Part shown: piece by piece, positions 1 to 8,122 of the stretch
Numbering within the stretch: position 1 is the stretch's first letter
How the letters are laid out: every line of letters starts with the position of its first letter
Source of the DNA: a virus
Lineage: Duplodnaviria; Caudoviricetes
IMG/VR virus record: IMGVR_UViG_3300017780_000793
Coordinates: 1-24,862 of that record
Strand: one strand, 5' to 3'
DNA: 24,862 nt
Program-made: the position numbers and the translations under genes
The notes under the pieces: generated by a model
What the model was told of the DNA's origin: nothing
Databases searched by the model: none
The model's input: only the letters and a program-made list of their open reading frames with translations

Positions 1-94
1 CTATGTCTATAGATGTAGGTGCGCTTTTATATTCCGCTAAAGTCAAATAGGGGGTAGAGAACGCGTTAGTCGTTCCTGTATAAGCATTAGCCAT
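1..94 (-). CDS. Head-tail connector/adaptor-like protein, N-terminal part (truncated by window edge; not in ORF track)
   Basis: ATG at 94 with GGAG SD, overlapping the stop of the upstream gene; reads MANAYTGTTNAFSTPYLTLAEYKSAPTSIDI. A PY-x-T-x-x-E start and a position two genes after the MCP are typical of gp6/gp15-like connectors. Confidence 0.6.
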   Translation of the reverse strand, partial: MANAYTGTTNAFSTPYLTLAEYKSAPTSIDI

Positions 95-341
95 TTATTT
101 CTCCGCACTTTGAGCATTTTTTAAAGAAAGAACCAAACCCGCACGCCTTGCATGGGTAGCCTTCAGCGGTTGTTACACCGCTTGCTGATGCCTCACCTAA
201 GCCTTCGTTTTTTAATTTTCTAGCAAGTTTTGGGTCGTTTACATGGAACATACCGTCTTTACCAGCGCGTAAAACTCGTTCGCCGTTTTTAGTTTTTACG
301 GATAATTCGCGCATACCTTGCGGCCCAATTAACTTTGCCAT
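87..341 (-). CDS. Small basic protein with C-terminal zinc ribbon, head-completion region
   Basis: 84 aa, GAGAGG SD, C-terminal CKAC-x7-CSKC; directly after the MCP. Confidence 0.75.
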   Translation of the reverse strand: MAKLIGPQGMRELSVKTKNGERVLRAGKDGMFHVNDPKLARKLKNEGLGEASASGVTTAEGYPCKACGFGSFFKKCSKCGEING

Positions 342-363
342 GTTTACCCTCTCTAAATTTTAG

Positions 364-394
364 TGAGCAGTTTTTGCAGACTTGCTCAGGTCTG
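364..394 (-). other. Predicted H-type RNA pseudoknot downstream of the MCP stop codon
   Basis: Minus-strand RNA CAGAC-CUGAGCAA-GUCUG-CAAAAAC-UGCUCA: stem 1 CAGAC/GUCUG, loop UGAGCA pairs with downstream UGCUCA, A-rich linker. Confidence 0.6.
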
Positions 395-403
395 TTTGCT
401 TAA

Positions 404-2074
404 TTAAGCAGAAACAATTCCTGCAACAACACCGTTCCATGCTGGCGCGTAGCACATGAAAGTACCGCGGAAGTATGTAGAGAAGTCGTATGAGAACTGG
501 TTTACAGGCCATTGAATACCCATGTAGTCCTGAACCATCACATTTGCCCAAACATCTGATACCTCAGTATCAGGAATTGGAAGTGTGTATGAAAGAACTG
601 GGGAAACGCCCTGTGGCAACCAAGGGTGAACTGTGAGGTTTACCATCTTGCCTGTAATTTCGTTGTTCAATGCACCAATAACTGCGCCGCCGACATAATC
701 GCCAGTTTCAGTCTGTGCAAGGGTCAAACGATAGTTTGCTGTTGAACCATTTTTAATGGTGTCTGAAAGTTGCTTACGATCTGCACCGTTAAGCAAGATT
801 TCATCTGGGTCGGCCTTTACTGCTTCGTAAAGTTGTCCGAATACAGCCTGATATTCCGCACCTGGATTAGAGGTTGAGAAAGTTGAGTTAATACGGTTGA
901 TAGAACCTGAAATGCTTGGGTTAAGAACTGTTGGAAGAATTCCGTCATAACCTGTTGCATAAGCAGATGTATCTGATGATGCTGTTGAAGCAAGTGCGCC
1001 TGTTGTTGTGTATGGCGCTGTGTTGCCTGTTACCTGTGTTGAAGTTGCACCCTGAACAACAAATGTTGTAGAAGTTGTGCGACCCTGATAAGTAGCGTTA
1101 GCAACACCTGTTGCTGTTCCAACATAAACACGGTAGCCAAGTGCGCCCGATACCGCTGAAACATCAACTTGTAGAACATCGCCTGAAGCAACTACCGCTG
1201 ACTGAACAGTAGAAACAACTGACTGACCAAATGCACCAGCATCGGCAGTTACATATACATAATATGTGTTAGCCGCTAGTGCAACCTGTGAGCCTGCCGC
1301 AACTGGTGAAGTAAGGGTTACTGTTGCAGGGGCCGCTAGTGCGCCTGAGTATCCGCTTGCTGTACCGCGTGCCATAAGCATCATGCGTTCTTCCATCAAC
1401 ATTGTTGCGTACAAAGTTGAAGTTGAAGAAAGTTGGCGTAGGTCTTGGTATCCCAAACCTGAGAAGTTCGCATCAAACGAAACCTGGTCAGATAGTGAGT
1501 ATGAGTTGTAAGGAAGAATTAAATCATCTGCGGTGTAGGAAATCTGTGGCCCACGCTCGTACATAAGTGGGGTAGATGCACCTGGCGCAAAGTTATTCTG
1601 TGTGGTCTGTGTAATACCAGGCCAGATGTTTCCTTGTCCGCCTGTACCTGTACCTGTGTAACCAGTAATACGCTTGATACGGTGCGACATACCGACACCC
1701 TTTTTGCGCACGATCTTGTTACGAAGTGGTGTTGGGCGTGGTGTAAGCAACTTAGCAGGTGCTTCAAGGTCAAATGCCGCGAAAGAAGTGCTAAGTGGTG
1801 ATGTTGTTGAAATTTCTTTTGCAATATCAGCCGAAATAGCGCGCTGTGTTGCAAGTGCTGTGTTAAGCGCACCTACTGCATCTGGTGAGAGAGACTTGTT
1901 TGCAACAAGTGCTTCCAACTGTGCCATAGGGTCTGCTTGTGGGGCCATGCCAGGTGTGTGTGAAGCATTTGCGAAAGACTTGTTGAGTTCTCCAAGATAT
2001 TGTTCTTGAAGTTCTGCGGCTTCGCGTGGCTTAACATCACCAAACAGGTCTGTTGCTTTAGGCATTTGTGCCAT
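404..2074 (-). CDS. Major capsid protein (HK97-fold inferred) with internal beta-rich Ig/FN3-like insertion
   Basis: 556 aa, strong AAGGA SD, follows portal-gpF-protease/scaffold. 'FDLEAPAKLLTPRPTPLRNKIVR' and 'TGYDGI...ADPDEI' segments resemble phage capsid proteins. Confidence 0.85.
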   Translation of the reverse strand: MAQMPKATDLFGDVKPREAAELQEQYLGELNKSFANASHTPGMAPQADPMAQLEALVANKSLSPDAVGALNTALATQRAISADIAKEISTTSPLSTSFAAFDLEAPAKLLTPRPTPLRNKIVRKKGVGMSHRIKRITGYTGTGTGGQGNIWPGITQTTQNNFAPGASTPLMYERGPQISYTADDLILPYNSYSLSDQVSFDANFSGLGYQDLRQLSSTSTLYATMLMEERMMLMARGTASGYSGALAAPATVTLTSPVAAGSQVALAANTYYVYVTADAGAFGQSVVSTVQSAVVASGDVLQVDVSAVSGALGYRVYVGTATGVANATYQGRTTSTTFVVQGATSTQVTGNTAPYTTTGALASTASSDTSAYATGYDGILPTVLNPSISGSINRINSTFSTSNPGAEYQAVFGQLYEAVKADPDEILLNGADRKQLSDTIKNGSTANYRLTLAQTETGDYVGGAVIGALNNEITGKMVNLTVHPWLPQGVSPVLSYTLPIPDTEVSDVWANVMVQDYMGIQWPVNQFSYDFSTYFRGTFMCYAPAWNGVVAGIVSA

Positions 2075-2104
2075 AAGTTTTATTCCTTTTCGTTAAGTGT
2101 GTTA

Positions 2105-3559
2105 TTAGTTATCTGACTTAGGGCTTGCTTTTGCAATAAAATCATTTGCAATTTCGCGGTAGCCCTTAGCAAGAAGTGGGTCTGTTGAAGCATCAGCCTT
2201 AGCCTTGTATGTTGCCGCTTTTACAAGCAGATCATTTTGGGCTTCGGTAGACATTTTAGTTGCTGTGCGCTTAGGGCCACCTGCAACCGTTTTTGTTAGT
2301 GCCGTTGCTAGTTCGGTTTCAAGTTTTACAGATTTCTCTACCGCAGACTCTTTTTCTGCGCGCATAGCATCTATCTCGGCTTGCAACTTTTCCATAGCAC
2401 TCTTAACGGCTTTTTCTACCGCTTCTTCAAGGGCGGTATCCTCTGAAGTTTTATCTTCAGAAACTTCTGGTAGTTCTTCAGCAACAAGTTCCGCTTCTGC
2501 GGCTGGTGCTTCTTCTGTTGCTGGTACTTCGTCTGCATCGGCAGACTTAGGTGCGCCATCTTCTAGAACCATTTCCGCTGTTGTTACATCATCGCGGCCG
2601 TGGTTTTCTGCGGGCAAACCGCAACCACACTCTAGGCACTTATGGCTTTCTGCGGACTTTTCCATATCTGCCGCTAGTTCTGCACACTTGTCGCACATTT
2701 TATCTTCGGTGCAGTCTGGGCAGTCCTCAGCCTTAGCAACTTCTTTATCAGCCGCTAATTCAATTACTTCAGAAGGAACTTCACCTTCTGCTTCTTCGCC
2801 TTCGTACCAAGCCATAAGCGCGTGTACTGCGCCAACAAGGGCGGCAAGTGAGTTGCGTTCGTCATGGCCTTCAGTCATTTCAGCGGCTTCCATTGCAATA
2901 AGTTCAGCAAGGGCGCGGCGTGCATTATCAAACAATGTTTGGTCAAACTTAACGGCGTTAGGGGTCAGAGACTTCGCCAATTCCGTAATCTGCTTAATTG
3001 TTTCCATCTTTGAACCTTTCATGGTCATTTTTGCTATCTGTGTAGGTAGCGGTGCTTTGTATTCGTGTGCTTCTTCCACTCTTACTAATGTGGACTCGCC
3101 TTCAACGGACTTGGCAAGAATAAGTTTTGCGCTTGGGTTTGCAGGGCGATCTACTAAACTAATTTCTACAATAGAACCGTCAATAATGCGGCCGTTAGAT
3201 GCCTTGGTATCACGCACAACGCGTGGTGATTTAATGCCAATACTGAAGCCTTGATAAACGCGGGCTTCTACTTTTTTAACAGCAATAGGGTCTACAACAT
3301 GAACGCCGATGTAATGTCCATCAGCCTTTGACTCATATTCCTTGGCTACGCCTGCGGCAGAAGGGCCGTGCATTTCGCGGATATTGCCGCCTGATTTAAA
3401 CCATGCTGGCATTGCAGTATCAAGCCATGAAGGGTCGCAAATTTGGCTATCCAAATCAAGCGTATCGTCTGTAGCCTTGCCGAAAACCATCAAAGTACCA
3501 TCATCGTTTTTGTCGTACTTAACGATAGATGCGTAACCGTTTGCGTAGTCCATATTCAT
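2105..3559 (-). CDS. Prohead maturation protease fused to scaffold domain
   Basis: N-terminal ~165 aa carry HK97/herpes-type protease motifs (D-x-D-x-Q, NIREMH, GFSIG, EISLVDRPANP); C-terminus acidic, Ala/Glu-rich, coiled-coil-like. Confidence 0.88.
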   Translation of the reverse strand: MNMDYANGYASIVKYDKNDDGTLMVFGKATDDTLDLDSQICDPSWLDTAMPAWFKSGGNIREMHGPSAAGVAKEYESKADGHYIGVHVVDPIAVKKVEARVYQGFSIGIKSPRVVRDTKASNGRIIDGSIVEISLVDRPANPSAKLILAKSVEGESTLVRVEEAHEYKAPLPTQIAKMTMKGSKMETIKQITELAKSLTPNAVKFDQTLFDNARRALAELIAMEAAEMTEGHDERNSLAALVGAVHALMAWYEGEEAEGEVPSEVIELAADKEVAKAEDCPDCTEDKMCDKCAELAADMEKSAESHKCLECGCGLPAENHGRDDVTTAEMVLEDGAPKSADADEVPATEEAPAAEAELVAEELPEVSEDKTSEDTALEEAVEKAVKSAMEKLQAEIDAMRAEKESAVEKSVKLETELATALTKTVAGGPKRTATKMSTEAQNDLLVKAATYKAKADASTDPLLAKGYREIANDFIAKASPKSDN

Positions 3560-3569
3560 TTATTTCTCC

Positions 3570-3851
3570 TTATGCCGTATAGGTAGCAACGACTGCACCA
3601 GCCGCAGATGCCGCCGCTGAAATGCCATAAACGATATCGTTGGCGTTTACATAAAATGTTTGGGAACTAGCGGCTGGAATTGTACGCCCAATAGTTGCAC
3701 CCGAAGTGGCAATAGTTGCATCGCCAATAAATATAGAAGCGCTATGCCCGTTATAAATAGTAATAGGGGTTAGCGGTTTGGCATCTTTTGATACTTGAAA
3801 AAGTACCGATGCTGTTGTAAGTGTTTGGGTATTTACATGAATAAAAGCCAT
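3570..3851 (-). CDS. Small beta-rich putative virion (decoration-like) protein
   Basis: 93 aa, Thr/Ala/Ser-rich, AGGAG SD, lies inside the head module. Confidence 0.65.
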   Translation of the reverse strand: MAFIHVNTQTLTTASVLFQVSKDAKPLTPITIYNGHSASIFIGDATIATSGATIGRTIPAASSQTFYVNANDIVYGISAAASAAGAVVATYTA

Positions 3852-3857
3852 TTAGTT

Positions 3858-3885
3858 CTCCTATTGGTGTTTGGTTATTGTACTC
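3858..3885 (-). promoter_or_regulatory. Putative late promoter (-10 TACAAT) and CCAATAGGAG RBS motif for the protease/capsid operon
   Basis: Minus strand GAGTACAATAACCAAACACCAATAGGAG; the same CCAATAGGAG precedes the portal start. Confidence 0.4.
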
Positions 3886-4697
3886 TAGTCAGTAATGTTT
3901 TCTTCATTTTGATTACTACTTGTGTCGTAGTAAGCCGCTAAAGAACACATACAATTTGGGTGTGCTGGTGGTTCTGCATCTCCTGAAGGAAAAGTATCAC
4001 CAATTCCAATAGGCGAAGCATCTGCGTTGTCTTGGCATACATCGCAACCTTCAGCAACTAGCCACTCAACTTGTTCTACACCCGCTGTTTCATAACGATC
4101 ACGGGTTGCTATAGATACTGCACGGCTCATTTCTGTCTGTGCAATAACTAAAGCGTGTTGTGGGTCGTCAATAATTGTGTCTAGCGCTTGTGCAATTTGC
4201 TTTGTTGTCCAACCTAGTTCTAACCCACGCCCTAGCGCTGTGCCAATTCGGTCTAATTTTGTATTTATAACTTCGTCTGCAACTGTAATCTTACGAGTTG
4301 CTAACAGGCTTGCTAATCCGCCTTTTGGTTTAACTAGCGCGGCCGCGGCACGGTTGCCAGGTGTCCATGTTGCCCAGTCCACAACCCCTGCGCTTACCTT
4401 CGGGGCTTTTTGTAAACCTTTCAGGCGCGCGAGCATATACTCAGCAGCATATTCACCAGTTACATAACCTTCTGCATAGATGCGGGCGAGCGCATTTTGC
4501 ATAGGTTTTTTGCTAACCGATATTTGAACACGCGCCCAGTCTCTAGCCGTTTGCGGCGAAACTGAGCCACCTGCGGGGTGGGTTTCTGCCCATGCGCGGG
4601 CGATTTCATCACCATGCAGAACATCTTTAAACGCCCTACGCACCTTACCTGCGTTCTTAGCAGATAGGCGCATAGTTAAACCGTATGCTGGCCACAT
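3885..4697 (-). CDS. Head morphogenesis/minor capsid protein (SPP1 gp7 / Mu gpF family)
   Basis: IAQTEMSRA, EWL...CDVC...N and PPAHPNCMC motifs; immediately after portal. Confidence 0.92.
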   Translation of the reverse strand: MWPAYGLTMRLSAKNAGKVRRAFKDVLHGDEIARAWAETHPAGGSVSPQTARDWARVQISVSKKPMQNALARIYAEGYVTGEYAAEYMLARLKGLQKAPKVSAGVVDWATWTPGNRAAAALVKPKGGLASLLATRKITVADEVINTKLDRIGTALGRGLELGWTTKQIAQALDTIIDDPQHALVIAQTEMSRAVSIATRDRYETAGVEQVEWLVAEGCDVCQDNADASPIGIGDTFPSGDAEPPAHPNCMCSLAAYYDTSSNQNEENITD

Positions 4698-4698
4698 A

Positions 4699-6546
4699 TT
4701 AAATGCCTAAATAGCACTCAGCATACCAACGCGCGCTGTCTAAATCTTTTGTCTCAACAAACTTGTTAAGTACATCAGCGTATGTTGGTTCTAATGTTTT
4801 AAATTCAAATGGTCGCGTAGGATTTCCCTTACGCACCCAACGAATAAACTTCTTTACTTCTTCTTGTGCTGTTGGTTCTAAATCAGTTTTAGGCGCTTCC
4901 GCTTCTGGCGCTTCCGCTTCTAATGTTTCTTCTTCAAGCGTTTCTTCTATAATGCCGTATTCGTTAAGCGGCGTACCAGCCATAACTAACCCTTCTGGGG
5001 TAAATACATACACGCTTGCACCGCTGATAAGCAAAGGCATATCGGCTTCAGGCGTATCTATAAGCGGCAAACCTTGTTCCGCGCGCGACTCGTTTACAGT
5101 CATACCGCCTGAACGCTTGCGGATTTCATCGCGCATTGCGGCTTCTTGTGTATTACTGCGCTCGCTAGGTGCTAAACGAAATTCTAGTTCGCGTGGCATA
5201 CCCAACCAGCGGTAAGACAATGCGCTAATCATCTGTGAAATCCAGTTAGCGGCAGGAATAATACCGATCATATCGCCTGACTCTGCTTCGCCTTGTTGTA
5301 GGCCAGAAGCGCCAAGACTGCCTGAACCGTTAAATCCAATTTCGCTAGGCAGTACGCCGAAGTGTCCAGTAATAGATGCAATTAAATAGTTATCCATTGC
5401 ATCGCTAAACTTGTCTGAATAACCTTCTTCAAAGTTTAACTTGCCGCCTGGAACCAAGATGCGCAAGCGGTTACGCTGTGCAGTTTGGCCAGAAAGATCA
5501 TCATTGTAAATATTTTCGTACGCACGGATTTGTTCTGGGGTCATCATTGCTGACTCAGGCAATTCCAAATAAGACTTAGGCATAGTGCCGTCTGTAAACT
5601 CTGCGCGTATCCATTGCTGACGGCGCAAGTAAATATCTGCAAGCGGTAGCGCGCGTTCTACAGGTGATAGGCCGTATACGCTGTTAGCGCGGCGTGTGCG
5701 TACAAGGTAAGCAAGTTCGTCAGAAGTAAATTCACCGTCTGCGGCTTCATCATCTATGGTTGCATCAAACTCGCTACGCGGAAAACCGTACAAAATCTGT
5801 TGAAACGCAGGGCCAGTTTCAGGCATAGGGCGCATACCGCGATCATCTAACAATGGTTTAATTGTTGAGCCGTCAAGTATCTGCAAGCCTTTAATTTCGC
5901 CGCCTACTGTGGACTGTGGCCAAATAGCCCAAGCATCAAGCACATCTATTTCTTCAATAGCCATGCTTAACCAGTCTACAAACGACAAACCGTTTTGTGG
6001 GTCTGGTGTTTCCCAAAACTTACGCATACGCGCAATTTCAGGTGAAAACTTTTCGCGTGCTTCTGCCATAGCGCGTAAGTGATTACCGCCAGACTCAGCC
6101 ATAATGCGTTCTGTTGCCGTTTGGCTTAGAACAATATCCCACTCTAAACCTGTAAGTTTTGCTTTACGCACTTCAATACAACGGCGCAAAATGTCTATCT
6201 GATCTGCCGCGGCGCGTAATGTTTTAAAAGGTACTAAGCGTGTTTCTGTAACATTTATGTTTTGCGCTACTTGGTATTCGTAACGGCGTGGGGCTGGTCG
6301 GCCTGTTTCTGGATTAAGCGGGTTAAGCGCTGAAGGAATAAGTGGAAGTCCAGGCGCAAAAGGAACGCTTGCTAATAATGGGTTACGCGGCAATGCTGTG
6401 CTTACATTTGAACCGTATTGTGTTTGCGCAATACCAGCGGCGGCTTGCATCTGTTGTACAGACATAGTGGTTGCGCCTGAAGGTAGTGCAGGCGCTTTGT
6501 TAATTTCATCAGCCACGCGTTTTGCGATGCGGTCTAGCAAGCCCAT
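4699..6546 (-). CDS. Portal protein (HK97-like)
   Basis: 615 aa; LDGSTIKP, YGLSPVE, FGVLPSEIG and MTVNESRAEQGLP motifs typical of HK97-family portals. Confidence 0.93.
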   Translation of the reverse strand: MGLLDRIAKRVADEINKAPALPSGATTMSVQQMQAAAGIAQTQYGSNVSTALPRNPLLASVPFAPGLPLIPSALNPLNPETGRPAPRRYEYQVAQNINVTETRLVPFKTLRAAADQIDILRRCIEVRKAKLTGLEWDIVLSQTATERIMAESGGNHLRAMAEAREKFSPEIARMRKFWETPDPQNGLSFVDWLSMAIEEIDVLDAWAIWPQSTVGGEIKGLQILDGSTIKPLLDDRGMRPMPETGPAFQQILYGFPRSEFDATIDDEAADGEFTSDELAYLVRTRRANSVYGLSPVERALPLADIYLRRQQWIRAEFTDGTMPKSYLELPESAMMTPEQIRAYENIYNDDLSGQTAQRNRLRILVPGGKLNFEEGYSDKFSDAMDNYLIASITGHFGVLPSEIGFNGSGSLGASGLQQGEAESGDMIGIIPAANWISQMISALSYRWLGMPRELEFRLAPSERSNTQEAAMRDEIRKRSGGMTVNESRAEQGLPLIDTPEADMPLLISGASVYVFTPEGLVMAGTPLNEYGIIEETLEEETLEAEAPEAEAPKTDLEPTAQEEVKKFIRWVRKGNPTRPFEFKTLEPTYADVLNKFVETKDLDSARWYAECYLGI

Positions 6547-6558
6547 ATTGACTCCTAT

Positions 6559-6573
6559 TGGTATTGTTTACTT
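6559..6573 (+). promoter_or_regulatory. Extended -10 promoter (TGGTATTGT) for a leaderless transcript of the plus-strand cassette
   Basis: TG-n-TATTGT at 6559-6567, 6 nt before ATG 6574, no SD; overlaps the portal RBS on the other strand. Confidence 0.55.
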
Positions 6574-7572
6574 ATGAATTTAGTAGAGAAGGCAGTTGCA
6601 AATGGTGGCAAGTTAGCACCAATAGTTATACCTAACGGTCTTACTTCAGGTACAGGTTTAATGAACCCATCGGTCTTTATAGACAATGATGGAGACATAT
6701 TAGTTAATCTTCGCCATGTTAATTACACACTTTACCACGCAGAAAACAAACAGCGGTTTCCTAGCAGGTTTGGCCCATTAAGTTATTTGCACCCAGAAAA
6801 AGACCAACGGCTTGTTACAACCAATTATCTATGTCGCCTAAATGACGATCTGGTTATGACCGACTATGCCCTTGTTGAAATGCAAACCTTACACGAACCC
6901 ATTTGGGAATTCGTTGGGTTAGAAGATGCTCGCTTGGTTCAATGGAACGGCGAATACTTTTTAATTGGCGTACGCCGCGACACCACAACCAATGGTCAGG
7001 GTCGCATGGAATACAGCCAAATTGACCTTAATAAATCTGACTGGACTGTTAGGGAGATACACCGCAAACGAATAGATGCGCCAGGCGCTAATGACTCGTA
7101 TTGCGAAAAGAATTGGGGGCCAGTTTTGGATAGGCCGTACACCTTTGTAAAGTGGACTATGCCTACCGAACTTGTTTATTCCAGTCCGTTTGGCGATGGA
7201 ACTGAACAACTGTTCGTACGCCAGACTCCGCCTGCACCAGCCGATCAGCGCGGCGGTTCACAGATTATTAAGTGGGGCAGTATGTATATCTGCATAACTC
7301 ACGAAGTAAACCTGTTTAAGAACTACCTTGAACAGAAAGATGCCGTTTACCGCCATCGCCTAGTTATGTGGGATAGCCAATTTAACTTTGCGGGTATGTC
7401 CAAGGCGTTTAGTTTCCTAGATGCCCGCGTAGAGTTTGCCGTGGGTGCGGCTAAGCATGGGGAAGATTTGCTTATTAGTTTTGGCTTCCAGGATAACGCC
7501 GCGTTTGTTTTACGCGTACCTAAACTGGTAGTTGAGGACTTAATTACGGAAGGTTTGGCTTATGAACATTGA
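6574..7572 (+). CDS. Five-bladed beta-propeller glycoside hydrolase/phosphorylase-like protein (GH130/DUF377-like)
   Basis: 332 aa with NPS, R-x-V, GLEDARL, EKNW, RGG, H...YRH and VEF-x-x-G motifs in the order seen in GH130-like propellers. Confidence 0.75.
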   Translation: MNLVEKAVANGGKLAPIVIPNGLTSGTGLMNPSVFIDNDGDILVNLRHVNYTLYHAENKQRFPSRFGPLSYLHPEKDQRLVTTNYLCRLNDDLVMTDYALVEMQTLHEPIWEFVGLEDARLVQWNGEYFLIGVRRDTTTNGQGRMEYSQIDLNKSDWTVREIHRKRIDAPGANDSYCEKNWGPVLDRPYTFVKWTMPTELVYSSPFGDGTEQLFVRQTPPAPADQRGGSQIIKWGSMYICITHEVNLFKNYLEQKDAVYRHRLVMWDSQFNFAGMSKAFSFLDARVEFAVGAAKHGEDLLISFGFQDNAAFVLRVPKLVVEDLITEGLAYEH

Positions 7573-8122
7573 AAACTTGGTAGTTGAATTATCCCGCGAC
7601 CCGTTTAACCCTAGCCTTAACTTTGATGTGGCTGAGGAATACTTGCGCCTAAACCAGACTGCAAGCGCTGTATCGTTCTATTTGCGCTGTGCTGAGTACA
7701 GCGAAGGCGTAAATGCCAAGGCTTACACTTCCCTATTGCGCATGGCACAATGCTTTGAAGATCAAAACGGCAGAGAATATTCGGTAAGTAACTGCCTATT
7801 GCAAGCGCTTGCATACGATGAAACGCGCCCTGAAGCGTATTTTAAATTGTCGCAGTTCTACGAAAAGGCTGGCAACTGGCAAGAAGCCTATACATTTGCC
7901 ACGCTTGGGCTTGGTTGGGTAACAGGAAGTGAACCATTGCCTGCCGATTTAGGTTATTACGGCGGATATTGTTTGCACTTTCAAAAGACTGTTGCGGCTT
8001 GGTGGATAGGTCGCAAAGATGAAGCGGTTGAAAGTTTAAAGGTTTTATCTGCGCTAGATATGCACCCAATGTACACAAATGTTGTTGCTCATAATTTGGA
8101 GAAGTTAAATGTTGTGCTTTGA
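7562..8122 (+). CDS. Tetratricopeptide-repeat protein
   Basis: Helical repeats (A-x-S-F-Y-L-R-C-A-E; ALAYDETRPEAYFKLSQFYEKAGNWQEAY) like the TPR regions of TPR-glycosyltransferases; overlaps both neighbours. Confidence 0.8.
   Translation: MNIENLVVELSRDPFNPSLNFDVAEEYLRLNQTASAVSFYLRCAEYSEGVNAKAYTSLLRMAQCFEDQNGREYSVSNCLLQALAYDETRPEAYFKLSQFYEKAGNWQEAYTFATLGLGWVTGSEPLPADLGYYGGYCLHFQKTVAAWWIGRKDEAVESLKVLSALDMHPMYTNVVAHNLEKLNVVL

Noticed and set aside
360-551. Alternative-frame ORF crossing the MCP stop, suggesting a frameshift or readthrough capsid extension stimulated by the pseudoknot
   Set aside because: No X-XXY-YYZ slippery site near the stop, readthrough meets TGA after five codons, and the extension would be trivial.
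2205-3254. 349-aa plus-strand ORF, and other antisense ORFs (1674-2009, 4763-5215, 16891-17328, 21857-22333)
   Set aside because: Ser/Ala-rich mirror frames of well-supported minus-strand genes; no RBS or recognisable motifs.
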